Shown here: positions 1-8,106 of the stretch, piece by piece
Layout: each line of letters opens with the position of its first letter
Position numbering within the stretch: position 1 is the stretch's first letter
DNA from: an uncultured Gemmatimonadales bacterium
GTDB lineage: Bacteria > Gemmatimonadota > Gemmatimonadetes > Longimicrobiales > RSA9
Length of the DNA: 64,000 bases
Assembly (NCBI GenBank): GCA_963798845.1
Contig: CAWCUS010000002.1
Span: 1 to 64,000, forward strand
Reading direction: 5' to 3'
Translations under genes and position numbers: made by a program
Notes under the pieces: generated by a model
The model's input: the letters and a program-made list of their open reading frames with translations, nothing else
The model's database searches: none
Told to the model about the DNA's origin: nothing

Positions 1-49
1 GCTCGCGGCTGACCACCGGTTGCGGGCGTGGGAAGCCTGAGGCTTGGAA

Positions 50-68
50 TAGCATGGTATCCGTGCTA
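50..68. promoter_or_regulatory. Imperfect palindrome upstream of higB, putative HigA operator
   Basis: TAGCATGG-TAT-CCGTGCTA (one mismatch), ending 10 bp before the GTG start. Confidence 0.5.
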
Positions 69-78
69 ACATGTTCTT

Positions 79-372
79 GTGACCAGATCCTTCCGTGACA
101 AGGCGACGGAAGACCTCTTCAACGGGGTTGACTCGAAAGCTGTGCGGCAGCGGCTTCCGAGCGAGTTGTGGAGAAGCGGTCGGCGCGAGCTGGATGCGGT
201 CGATCAGGCGGAGGCGCTGGACGACCTACGAATCCCACCCGGGAAGCGACTCGAGCGTCTGAAAGGAAGCCGAGCCCGACAGCACAGCATACGGATCAAC
301 GATCAGTACAGGATCTGCTTCGTCTGGTCCGATCGCGGAGCGGACGACGTCGAAGTAGTTGATTATCGCTGA
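79..372 (+). CDS. higB: HigB/RelE-family toxin (plasmid maintenance system killer type)
   Basis: 97 aa; SFRDKATEDLF...DLRIPPGKRLERLKG...HSIRINDQYRICFVW...VEVVDY is typical HigB; toxin-first order. Confidence 0.9.
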   Translation: MTRSFRDKATEDLFNGVDSKAVRQRLPSELWRSGRRELDAVDQAEALDDLRIPPGKRLERLKGSRARQHSIRINDQYRICFVWSDRGADDVEVVDYR

Positions 373-374
373 GG

Positions 375-713
375 ATGCCTATGATACGCGTACCCACGGA
401 CCGAGCCCCTACCCACCCCGGGGAAATGCTTCTCGAGGAGTTCCTGAAGCCAATGGAGCTCACTCAGCGAGAGCTGGCGGATGCGATCGGAGTTCCGTAC
501 CAGCGAGTGAACGAGATCGTAAACGAGCGCCGTGGAGTCACGCCGAGCACGGCGCTGCGGCTCGCGCAGTTCTTTGGAACGACGAGCGAGTTCTGGCTCA
601 ACGGGCAGATGCGGTGGGACCTGTACCATGCGAAGGAAGCGGAGAAGCAAGAACTCGAACGCATTCCTCGGTATCGGCACCGCCGGTCCTCCGCGGAAAG
701 AGAATCGGCCTGA
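375..713 (+). CDS. higA: HigA-family HTH antitoxin
   Basis: PTHPGEMLLEEFLKPMELTQRELA...RVNEIVNERRGVTPSTALRLAQFFGTTSEFWLNGQ. Confidence 0.92.
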   Translation: MPMIRVPTDRAPTHPGEMLLEEFLKPMELTQRELADAIGVPYQRVNEIVNERRGVTPSTALRLAQFFGTTSEFWLNGQMRWDLYHAKEAEKQELERIPRYRHRRSSAERESA

Positions 714-899
714 CTCGAGGCACGGCCCCCGCGTTGGCCGTCCTCCGCCACCTCCTCGCCTGTCCCGACGACGCATGCGACGAGCCCGCCTCATCGAGCG
801 CCTCCGCGAGAAGCTCCGGATCCGGGAGCGCAGCAAGGAGATCGTCATGGCCTGGCTCTGCCACTTCCCGGCCCCGAGGTCGCTCCCGCCGCCGCCCAC

Positions 900-1091
900 A
901 TGACCGCCCGCCTCAAGGTCGAGGCCAAGACCGACACCGACGTGTCCCTCATCGCCGCGGAGGACCTGGTCCGGCTCGCCGAGCAGTGGACGGCGAGGAA
1001 GCCCGGGCAGCCGATCAACCTCGAGGTGTTCAACATCACCGGGGTGCTCGATCGGACGACGCTGGACGGGCGGATGAGGTTGTTCAGGTGA
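900..1091 (+). pseudogene. Probable C-terminal remnant of a larger unknown protein
   Basis: 63-aa protein-like ORF with host-like GC3 codon bias; upstream 730-900 looks like broken coding sequence; no clear RBS. Confidence 0.35.
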
Positions 1092-1237
1092 CGCTTCGGC
1101 TCTGCTGCCCGCGTTTGCGCCGTGATCGACGAGGCGCCCTGTGCCCGTCCAGCTATGGACGTGCCCCGCTCCGACGCCCATTCCTGGTCGCCCGGACGGA
1201 ACGCCCGGCTCGTCGAGCTCGGGGACGGGGAGGGGCC

Positions 1238-2273
1238 ATGCATCCGCGAGACGAGACGCCGACGCCCGCCGGAGACCCTCGCTGCGAACCCGGTGGTCGG
1301 GAAACGCCACGGACGCCCAGGCTGCTCGAGGAAGTTCGTAGAGCCTGCCGCGCGAGGCAGTACAGCGATCGGACGGCGGAAGCCTACACAGCATGGGTCC
1401 GCCGGTACGTGCTGTTCCACGGCAAGCGCCACCCGCGCGAGCTGGATGGTCAGGCCGTGGCCGCCTACCTCAGCCATCTCGCCGTCGAGCGCCGCGTCAG
1501 CGTAGCCACCCAGCGCCAGGCGTCGAGCGCGCTGCTGTTCCTGTACCGCGAAGTGCTGGGAACACCGATGCAGGCGCCAGAGGGAATCGCCCGCCCAGGA
1601 CGCCATCGCCGCCTGCCAACGGTGGTCTCACGCGACGAGGTCGCCGCCGTCCTCGCCGAAATGCGAGGCACCCCGGGCCTCGTGGCGCAGCTGCTCTATG
1701 GCTCCGGCCTCCGACTCATGGAGGCCCTCGACATCCGCCTCAAGGACATCTCCTTCGAGCGGGGCGAGATCGCGGTCCGCAGCGGCAAGGGTGGGCACGA
1801 CCGGATCACCATGCTCCCCCGCGCCATTCGAGCCCGAACTGCGGCGCCAGGTGAAGGATGTCCGCCTCCGCCACGAAGCCGACCTACGTGCTGGCGCCGG
1901 CTGGGTGGCCCTCCCCGACGCCCTCGCCCGGAAGATGCCGAACGCCGGACGGGATACCGCCTGGCAGTACCTCTTCCCCGCAACGCGACAGCACGTGCAC
2001 CGCGAAACGGGCCAGCGACGCCGTCACCACCTGCACGAAACGGCCGTCCAGCGCGACGTCTCCGCTGCCGGCCGCCGCGCCGGCATCGCGAAGCGAGTGA
2101 CCTGCCACACCCTGCGTCACTCCTTCGCCACGCACCTCCTCGAGGACCGCTACGACATCCGCACCATCCAGGAGCTCCTCGGCCACAAGGACGTCAAGAC
2201 GACGATGATCTATACGCATGTGCTCAACCGCGGCGCCGGGGGTGTGACGAGCCCGCTCGACCGCATGGGTTAG
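1238..2273 (+). CDS. intI: Integron integrase IntI (tyrosine recombinase), one +1 frameshift at ~1833-1835
   Basis: N-part [51 protein letters not shown]-part has IntI-specific insertion [32 protein letters not shown] and [34 protein letters not shown]; removing one C in GCCC joins them into about 344 aa; purine-rich RBS before ATG 1238. Confidence 0.95.
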
Positions 2274-2435
2274 GCTGCGCCAGGAGCGGCAATGGAGCGC
2301 GTCGACGGGAACCACGGCTTTAGCTGCCGGGTTCGCTGCGGAAGGCCCGGCCATAGAGGGGGTCGTTAGGCTGCCCGAGAACCATGCATAACCGCTGCAT
2401 AGCGAGCGGAGAGCAACCTTGCGGTTTCGGACTGG

Positions 2436-2472
2436 TTGGCTGAACCTGGGCGCAGTATAGAAAGCGTTAGGC
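2436..2472 (+). other. Putative attI site (crossover G|TTAGGC at 2466-2472)
   Basis: GTTAGGCAGAA 2466-2476 is the exact reverse complement of TTCTGCCTAAC 3460-3470 at attC1; no attC hairpin upstream of it; left boundary approximate. Confidence 0.75.
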
Positions 2473-2485
2473 AGAACAAGAACTC

Positions 2486-3455
2486 ATGGCATTGACAGAC
2501 GTGTTCTTTCGTAGGTATGGGCAGGTTCTCAGGCGCGGGCAGCCGTTGCCCGATAAGTACCTGACGTTGTTTAGACAGGCTGCCCATGTCGTAGGACAGG
2601 ACGTGTATCCCAATGTTCAGCTAGCAGAACAGTTCTTTCGAGGGATCCATGACAGAGATGGCTAGGGAAATGGCACTCCCTCGGCTCTCGACGCGAGGTT
2701 CTGAGACAGAGGCGGTAGTGCAGTTCCTGGTCGGCCGAAGCGACGTTGAACGGGAAATGTCACCGGACATCTACGTGAGAACCCGTCTATCGCTTCTGGA
2801 GATTGTGCTCGCGGAATCAGACGCGTTGATACAGCAAACAGAAGCCTCGTCGTCTAGCGCACCAAAAACACCAGGCCTGGTACCGCTACTTCCGGCCGGA
2901 GACGAAGAGCCATTCGTCTGGTCGAGCAACGTGCCAAGGCTTCGAAGCGCCATTCGGGAAATTAATGAGAGATTCAGGCTGAATGGCATTGGCTTCCGTT
3001 ATCATAACGGTGTAATTCAAGAGGCTCGAGACGATCTGGTCTCCGAAGTCATTGAAACACCGTTTTGGAACATGATTTCCGCTCGGAAGTGGGCGGTTGT
3101 AGAACATGACATGAAGGAAGCGCTTGATCGCCGGGACCGAGGGAAGTCGGATTCTACGTTTCATGCCCTGAAGGCGCTGGAAAGCGTCATCAAGATCATC
3201 TCGGATGAGAAGAACCTGACCACAGGAAGCGAGCGGGGTGCAAGTAATTACGTAGAGAATCTCGCAAGCAAACGTGGGCGGGGGCTCCTTGCAGATTGGG
3301 AAGCGGAACAACTCAAGCGCCTATTCTCGGTCATTCGTAACCCACAAGGTCATGGACCGGGCTCTGCAAAGCCGCTGGTGCTCAACGACCAGCAAACTGA
3401 TTTCGTGATCGAATCCGCAATGAGTTGGATCAAGAGCCTTGTGGGACGGCTGTGA
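2486..3455 (+). CDS. Cassette 1: AbiJ-like protein (AbiJ_NTD4-like N-terminus + C-terminal HEPN), +1 frameshift near 2650-2657
   Basis: ATG 2486 reads MALTDVFFRRY...FFRGIHD, then shifts into ORF 2649-3455; C-terminus KALESVIKII...IRNPQGHG contains an RxxxxH HEPN motif; GC clearly lower than host. Confidence 0.7.
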
Positions 3456-3463
3456 CGATTTCT

Positions 3464-3528
3464 GCCTAACGAGGGCGTGAACCTGACAGCGCGCTGCGCG
3501 CGCCGCAGGTTACGCCAGTGCGTTATAC
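3464..3528 (+). other. attC1 (65 bp)
   Basis: R'' GCCTAAC; L'' CGT(G)AACCTG pairs with L' CAGGTTACG leaving an extrahelical G; R' GTTATAC. Confidence 0.92.
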
Positions 3529-3707
3529 GCATGCTTCTTAGTTCGTCGGCAACTGAGCTGCCGTCGTGGGAGCGATCCGTGGCACTTCAGGCGCCCAGGC
3601 GGACCATCAACCGGCTCGGCGGGTGAGGCGAGGGGGGGCAGATCTCCGGGCGTGCCGGCCCTCACGATCTGCCTGCTTCGCATAGGACCGGAAGAGGGTG
3701 GTGATCA

Positions 3708-4133
3708 ATGGCTGGACCCAACGGACGCGACGACCTCAAGTTCCCGTTGGACGAGGCGTTCCACGATTGCTGCGGCCGGGAACGTCGGTTCCGGATCGAC
3801 TGCCTCGCGCACGAGGGCGGCTACTTCCTCCGAGCTCGTGAAAGCACGAAGGACGGGGCCGGCTACGAGTTCGCGGCGCACTCGGGAACGGCGGCGTATC
3901 TCGCCCTCGCCGCATTACGCGCAAAAATCCGGCGGGGTCTCTCCATTCGCTACTTGGCCGGTGAGGGAGAGCCCATCGGATTCAGCCACGGCACCGCACG
4001 CGGCTATATCGGTGACGGCGGTGTGGTGATCGACGGACGGCTCGTGGCGTTCGACGACCTTGCCCGACTGCTGCAAGAACACGAGGGATGGCAGCTGTGG
4101 TTGCGCGTCGCCGACCCCTACGAGGATCTCTGA
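3708..4133 (+). CDS. Cassette 2: hypothetical protein
   Basis: 141-aa protein-like ORF between attC1 and attC2; C-terminal VVIDGR..FDDLARLLQEHEGWQLWLRVAD; function not recognised. Confidence 0.75.
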   Translation: MAGPNGRDDLKFPLDEAFHDCCGRERRFRIDCLAHEGGYFLRARESTKDGAGYEFAAHSGTAAYLALAALRAKIRRGLSIRYLAGEGEPIGFSHGTARGYIGDGGVVIDGRLVAFDDLARLLQEHEGWQLWLRVADPYEDL

Positions 4134-4164
4134 CCACCGCATGTGCACGTGATCATCGCCCAGC

Positions 4165-4229
4165 GCATAACGGAGCGCTGAAGCTGACGGTCGCCTGCGG
4201 CGCCCGCAGCTTATCTCAGTGCGTTAGAA
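4165..4229 (+). other. attC2 (65 bp)
   Basis: GCATAAC..GCT(G)AAGCTG..CAGCTTATC..GTTAGAA. Confidence 0.9.
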
Positions 4230-4386
4230 CGCGAACCCCGATTGGGGTGTAGGAGAGCCAGGCGGTAGCGGGCCGCTGTACCGTCAAACGAAAGGCCGCA
4301 GTAGAATCGTGGATGCCATCTCTGGTGCGCTGACGGGCATACCTGGCCTGCGGCTGGACTGCACGAACGGAAGAGGAAGAGCTTGG

Positions 4387-4584
4387 ATGGAAGCGAAACA
4401 GACGGTGCGCGAGTTGCTCGACCGGCTGCCCGACGACAGCTCGCTGGATGACATCCTCTACCACCTCTACGTGGTTCAGGCGGTCAACCGCGGCTTGGCG
4501 GACGCCGATGCGGGACGAACCATATCGCACGAGGAGGTCGAGGAGCGTCTGCGCCGGAAATGGGTACTCGGCACCGAGCGGTAG
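4387..4584 (+). CDS. Cassette 3: putative antitoxin paired with ParE/RelE toxin
   Basis: MEAKQTVRELLDRLPDDSSLDDILYHLYVVQAVNRGLADADAGRTISHEEV; RBS-like AGAGGAAGA; overlaps toxin start. Confidence 0.8.
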   Translation: MEAKQTVRELLDRLPDDSSLDDILYHLYVVQAVNRGLADADAGRTISHEEVEERLRRKWVLGTER

Positions 4585-4877
4585 TCTGGACCGAGGCTGC
4601 GTCTGCTACGCTTGACGACGCGATCGCCTTCGTAGCTGAAGACTCGCCGTCAAACGCCGCGGCACTGCTGGAGCGAGTTCTCGATGCTGCCGCCTCGTTA
4701 TCGACTCTAAGCGATCGCGGCGCGCCCGTTCCTGAAATCAATGATCGGTCGGTGAGGCAGCTGCTACCCGGGCCGTATCGGCTGATCTACCGAGCCGAGG
4801 AGAATCAGGTCACCATACTGGCCGTTCTCCACCAACGAAGAGCTATCGATCTTTGGTCGCGGCGGCCGCAGGGTTGA
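4560..4877 (+). CDS. parE: Cassette 3: ParE/RelE-family toxin
   Basis: VVWTEAASATLDDAIAFVAEDSPSNAAALLERV..RGAPVPE..PYRLIYR..VTILAVLHQRR. Confidence 0.85.
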   Translation: MGTRHRAVVWTEAASATLDDAIAFVAEDSPSNAAALLERVLDAAASLSTLSDRGAPVPEINDRSVRQLLPGPYRLIYRAEENQVTILAVLHQRRAIDLWSRRPQG

Positions 4878-4887
4878 GCCGATCGCG

Positions 4888-5007
4888 TTCTAACGGGGAG
4901 ATGAAGCTGTCGGCTTGCTGGGCTGCTGTAGCTTCGCCCGTTGTTGCCGCTCCCAGGCTGTCCAGCTCCGCCCGGACGGGCCGCCGCTTATCTCCAGTGC
5001 GTTATGC
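4888..5007 (+). other. attC3 (120 bp)
   Basis: TCGCGTTCTAAC (4883-4894) is a perfect complement of cassette start GTTAGAACGCGA (4223); GAT(G)AAGC..GCTTATC; R' GTTATGC. Confidence 0.9.
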
Positions 5008-5043
5008 AGACCTGGGCACGGACAGCGGAGCCTCTGGAGGAAC

Positions 5044-5502
5044 CTATTCCCCGGATGCGCGCCTGGATTTGGCGGAGCGCTTGCTGGAGCTGCGGGGGCG
5101 GCCGCCTTTGAGGCCGTTCTTTCGGGCGGCCCTCGCCTTCGCTTCACTTCGAACCTGGCCCATAATCCGAGGAGCCCAGCCCCGCAGGTTCAGGGCATCG
5201 GTCACGAGGCCGGTGAGTGACGCTTCCACATCGATTTCATCCCAATGGAGGCCGTCTCCACTCGGAGAAATCCGCACGTTCGCAAGCTGCTCCTTCGTCG
5301 CGTCCCGGAGTCCAGGAACGCGCTCCGGAGGAAAGCCGAACGCGAAGCCGTTCCGGAGGTGCACGAGGATGAGGGCCTCGCTCTGATCGTACGTCGCAGA
5401 CGCAGCTCGAGGCTCTACCTGATCGGCTTCGCGAGCCGCTCGAATAGCCTCCTCGTTCTGTCGGTTGAACTCGGCATCAGTGATACCGGTGGACTTACCC
5501 AT
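5044..5502 (-). CDS. Cassette 4: DUF2442-type putative antitoxin
   Basis: PRAASATYD..ILVHLRNG..FPPERVPGL..SPSGDGLHWDEIDVEASL..SEAKARAARKNGLKGGRPR; ATG overlaps the upstream gene end. Confidence 0.8.
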   Translation of the reverse strand: MGKSTGITDAEFNRQNEEAIRAAREADQVEPRAASATYDQSEALILVHLRNGFAFGFPPERVPGLRDATKEQLANVRISPSGDGLHWDEIDVEASLTGLVTDALNLRGWAPRIMGQVRSEAKARAARKNGLKGGRPRSSSKRSAKSRRASGE

Positions 5503-5746
5503 GAAGCCTGCTCCATTCTGCGAGGAAGTGCTGCTGGTGCTGCCTGACGATCCTGAGGGCCTCCCGCGCGTCCGGGGCACTCATGTGGTGGTTCTGCCAG
5601 AGGGAGGGGCGAGTCTCGTCGTACCCCAAGCGAACGAGAACTTCTCCTCCGTTCACGGATTCCACGTGGACGTGCGGCGGCTCGTGCTCTCGCGGGGGAG
5701 AGTATACGTAGACCTTGAAGCGGCCGTCGTCGTGGATCTTGACCAT
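5495..5746 (-). CDS. Cassette 4: DUF4160-type putative toxin
   Basis: 83 aa; FKVYVYS..EHEPPHVHV..FLAEWSRLHG. Confidence 0.82.
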   Translation of the reverse strand: MVKIHDDGRFKVYVYSPPREHEPPHVHVESVNGGEVLVRLGYDETRPSLWQNHHMSAPDAREALRIVRQHQQHFLAEWSRLHG

Positions 5747-5785
5747 GCAGCAAGCTAAAACCCATCGCTAGGTTTGGGAAGTCGT

Positions 5786-5905
5786 GCATAACGAAGAGCT
5801 GAAGCTGACGGCAGGTGAGGCTGGCGTGGGTGCGCGCGGAGCTGTACAGAAGAAGCAGACGAACGGCGCGCGGAGGGGCCGCAGCTTAGCTCCGAGGCGT
5901 TATCC
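5786..5905 (+). other. attC4 (120 bp)
   Basis: GCATAAC..GCT(G)AAGCTG..CAGCTTAGC..GTTATCC. Confidence 0.9.
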
Positions 5906-6009
5906 CGCGGTATTGACTTGATCGCGGGGCTCTGGAAGGAGAGGCTTCGACTTGGCGGCATTGGTCACCTACATTCCAGAGCGAGCAGGCCTTCGAAGAC
6001 AGGTGGATC

Positions 6010-6240
6010 ATGCGCAACGAGTTTACGGCAGTGTACGAGCAGGATGGGGAGTGGATCGTTGCCTACTGCCCTGAGGTTCCGGGCGCCAACGGACAGGGTC
6101 GGACGAAGGAAGAAGCTCGACAGAGCCTCATCGAGGCCATCGAGCTCATCCTCGAGGACCGGCGGGAGGACGGGCTGCGGGGCATCCCGGCGGACGCTGA
6201 GCGGGAAACGATCACGGTTGGTGTCCGCGGTGCCGCCTGA
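6010..6240 (+). CDS. hicB: Cassette 5: short HicB-family antitoxin
   Basis: FTAVYEQDGEWIVAYCPEVPGANGQGRTKEEARQSLIEAIELILE. Confidence 0.88.
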   Translation: MRNEFTAVYEQDGEWIVAYCPEVPGANGQGRTKEEARQSLIEAIELILEDRREDGLRGIPADAERETITVGVRGAA

Positions 6241-6252
6241 GAGGGCGTCGGC

Positions 6253-6441
6253 GTGAAGCGGAATGCCCTGCTGAAGCATCTCCGACTCCACGGGTGCGTA
6301 CTCAAGCGGGAAGGACGATCTCACTCGCTCTGGCTGAATCCCTCTACTGGTGCGGTCGAAGCCGTTCCTCGGCACACTGAGATCTCGAACGTCCTGGCGG
6401 GGAAGATCTGCCGGAACTTGTCGATACCTGAAATCGGTTGA
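6253..6441 (+). CDS. hicA: Cassette 5: HicA-family toxin
   Basis: MKRNALLKHLRLHGCVLKREGRSHSLWLNP..VPRHTEI..KICRNL. Confidence 0.88.
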   Translation: MKRNALLKHLRLHGCVLKREGRSHSLWLNPSTGAVEAVPRHTEISNVLAGKICRNLSIPEIG

Positions 6442-6504
6442 GTGGTGCCTGCCTCTCTCCGTCCTGCAATCTGGGATTGAGCCCTTCATTCCTACGGACC
6501 CGCG

Positions 6505-6624
6505 GTATAACGATGAGATGAAGCTGGCGGCGTGTTGGTTCGCGTTGCATTGGCATGGAGAGGGGCAGACGTATCTGTAGCGCCGCGCCCGGATGGGCCG
6601 CAGCTTATCTCAGAGGCGTTGTCC
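6505..6624 (+). other. attC5 (120 bp)
   Basis: GTATAAC..GAT(G)AAGCTG..CAGCTTATC..GTTGTCC. Confidence 0.88.
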
Positions 6625-6660
6625 GGCACGGATCGGCCGGGGGCGTCGGCCTTGCGCAAC

Positions 6661-6696
6661 TTGATCGCGGTCGGCGTGCGTGATACATTGTAATAC
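6661..6696 (+). promoter_or_regulatory. Putative sigma70 promoter with overlapping operator; probably leaderless mRNA
   Basis: TTGATC-17 bp-TACATT ending 7 nt before ATG 6697; palindrome TACATTGTA 6684-6692; no RBS. Confidence 0.5.
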
Positions 6697-6918
6697 ATGA
6701 AAACTTCCGCCCTGACGATCCGCCTGGAGCCCGAGCTCAATCGGCAACTCGATCGCATGGCGAAGCAGTCCGGGCGTTCCCGGAGCGAGATCGCTCGTGA
6801 TGCGCTGAGGCGCCAGCTCGCGGTGCTTCAGTTCGAAGAGGCGCGCAAGCAAGTCCTGCCTTTCGCCGAAGCACGAGGGTACCTCACCGACGAGGATGTG
6901 TTCCGAGAAGTCTCTTGA
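6697..6918 (+). CDS. Cassette 6: CopG/RHH antitoxin
   Basis: LTIRLEPELNRQLDRMAKQSGRSRSEIARDALRR..AEARGYLTDEDVFREVS. Confidence 0.88.
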   Translation: MKTSALTIRLEPELNRQLDRMAKQSGRSRSEIARDALRRQLAVLQFEEARKQVLPFAEARGYLTDEDVFREVS

Positions 6919-7322
6919 AGGTCTTCCTGGACACGAACGTCCTGGTTGCCGCCTTCGCGACCCGGGGCCTCTGCGCGGACGTCCTCCGCACCACGCTTTC
7001 CGAACACGAGCTCGTCCTGGGCGAGGTCGTGCTCACCGAGTTCCGTCTCGTGCTCTCGAGCAAGCTCAAGCTGTCCGCGGACCGCATTCGCGCAGCTGAG
7101 GCCGTGTTCGAAGGGATTCCGCTGGTTCCGAAGCCCGAGCAGCCCAGTACGCTCGATATCAGATATCCTTCCGACCGGTGGATCCTGGCGAGCGCCGAGG
7201 CTGGCGGCGCCGAGATCCTCGTGACCGGAGACGAGGACCTCCTGGCGGTCGCCGGCGAATCGGTCATCCGTATTGCGAGCCCCCGCGCATTCTGGGAGCT
7301 GCTACGCACCGGTACGAGGTAA
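6915..7322 (+). CDS. Cassette 6: PIN-domain (VapC-like) toxin
   Basis: VFLDTNVLVAAF..E..DRWILASA..LVTGDEDLL; TTGA start/stop overlap. Confidence 0.9.
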   Translation: MKVFLDTNVLVAAFATRGLCADVLRTTLSEHELVLGEVVLTEFRLVLSSKLKLSADRIRAAEAVFEGIPLVPKPEQPSTLDIRYPSDRWILASAEAGGAEILVTGDEDLLAVAGESVIRIASPRAFWELLRTGTR

Positions 7323-7327
7323 GTGCG

Positions 7328-7417
7328 GGATAACGAGGGCGTGAAGCTGACGCGGATTGGCGGGTTGGCTTGTCCTCAGAACTACGGGCCGCGCAGCTAA
7401 CGCCCAGTGGGTCAGGC
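7328..7417 (+). other. attC6 (90 bp), degenerate R' core GTC
   Basis: GGATAAC..CGT(G)AAGCTG..CAGCTAACG..GTCAGGC. Confidence 0.8.
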
Positions 7418-7464
7418 CACCTCCAACCTTTCAGGAACTGGCGGGCTCTCGGGCATCGTGTTAC

Positions 7465-7476
7465 GTTACATGTAAC
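7465..7476. promoter_or_regulatory. Perfect palindrome, putative operator of the MazEF-like module
   Basis: GTTACATGTAAC, just upstream of RBS GGAGG 7485-7489. Confidence 0.55.
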
Positions 7477-7494
7477 ACGTGCATGGAGGCCGTG

Positions 7495-7719
7495 GTGTCA
7501 GATTCGGACCGAAAGAAGTCCGTCCGCGAGAGGGTCCGCGCTCATCGCAGACGCCTGCGGCGGCAGGGGTTGCGCCCTATCCAGATCTGGGTTCCGGATG
7601 TCCGCTCCGAGAGCTTCCGCGCGGAAGCGCACCGGCAGTCGCTCGCCGCGGCCGAGAGTTCGCATGCGGACCGGGACCAGGAATTCGTGGACACGGTTTC
7701 CGAGTTCGACGACGAGTGA
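7495..7719 (+). CDS. Cassette 7: MazE-like (DUF3018-type) antitoxin
   Basis: RERVRAHRRRLRRQGLRPIQIWVPDVRSESFRAEAHRQS; GTG start after GGAGG (7492 also possible). Confidence 0.85.
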   Translation: MSDSDRKKSVRERVRAHRRRLRRQGLRPIQIWVPDVRSESFRAEAHRQSLAAAESSHADRDQEFVDTVSEFDDE

Positions 7720-8063
7720 GGCGCGGCGAGATCTGGACGGTTTCGGGCGGCAGTGCTTACGCCGGGAAGCCTCGACCTGCGGTCGTCGTCCAGGACGACA
7801 GCTTCGACGCCACGGCCTCGATCACGCTCTGCGTCTTCACCACCGATCCCACGGAGGCGCCTCTATTTCGGATCCTTCTCGAGCCGAACGACCGGAATGG
7901 ACTGCACGAGCGTAGCAGCATCATGGTCGACAAGATCACTACGGTCTCCAAGACGAAGCTAGGGCAGCGAATCGGAAGACTCGATGACGAAGATCTTGTT
8001 CGCCTCAACCAGGCGATCCTCGTATTCCTCGGGTTGGCGGGACCTGCTCGGTCGCCGGAGTAA
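7716..8063 (+). CDS. mazF: Cassette 7: PemK/MazF-family toxin
   Basis: MRRGEIWTV..YAGKPRPAVVVQDD..IMVDKITTV..IGRL..ILVFLGL; GTGA overlap. Confidence 0.9.
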   Translation: MRRGEIWTVSGGSAYAGKPRPAVVVQDDSFDATASITLCVFTTDPTEAPLFRILLEPNDRNGLHERSSIMVDKITTVSKTKLGQRIGRLDDEDLVRLNQAILVFLGLAGPARSPE

Positions 8064-8106
8064 CGCCGATCTCTCTCTGTTTTGGTACGCCTGCCGGGCC
8101 TCGGTG

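Noticed and set aside
63..70. GTGCTAAC as an attC R'' box before higB
   Set aside because: No L boxes or R'; better explained as part of the operator palindrome
359..2323. 654-aa ORF as a giant integrase fusion
   Set aside because: The first ~290 aa are a shadow frame over higA and GC-rich DNA; IntI similarity begins near 1238-1320 and the tail after ~1835 is out of frame
2419..2461. Pc-like cassette promoter next to attI
   Set aside because: TATAGA is present but candidate -35 hexamers are at non-canonical spacing; not supportable
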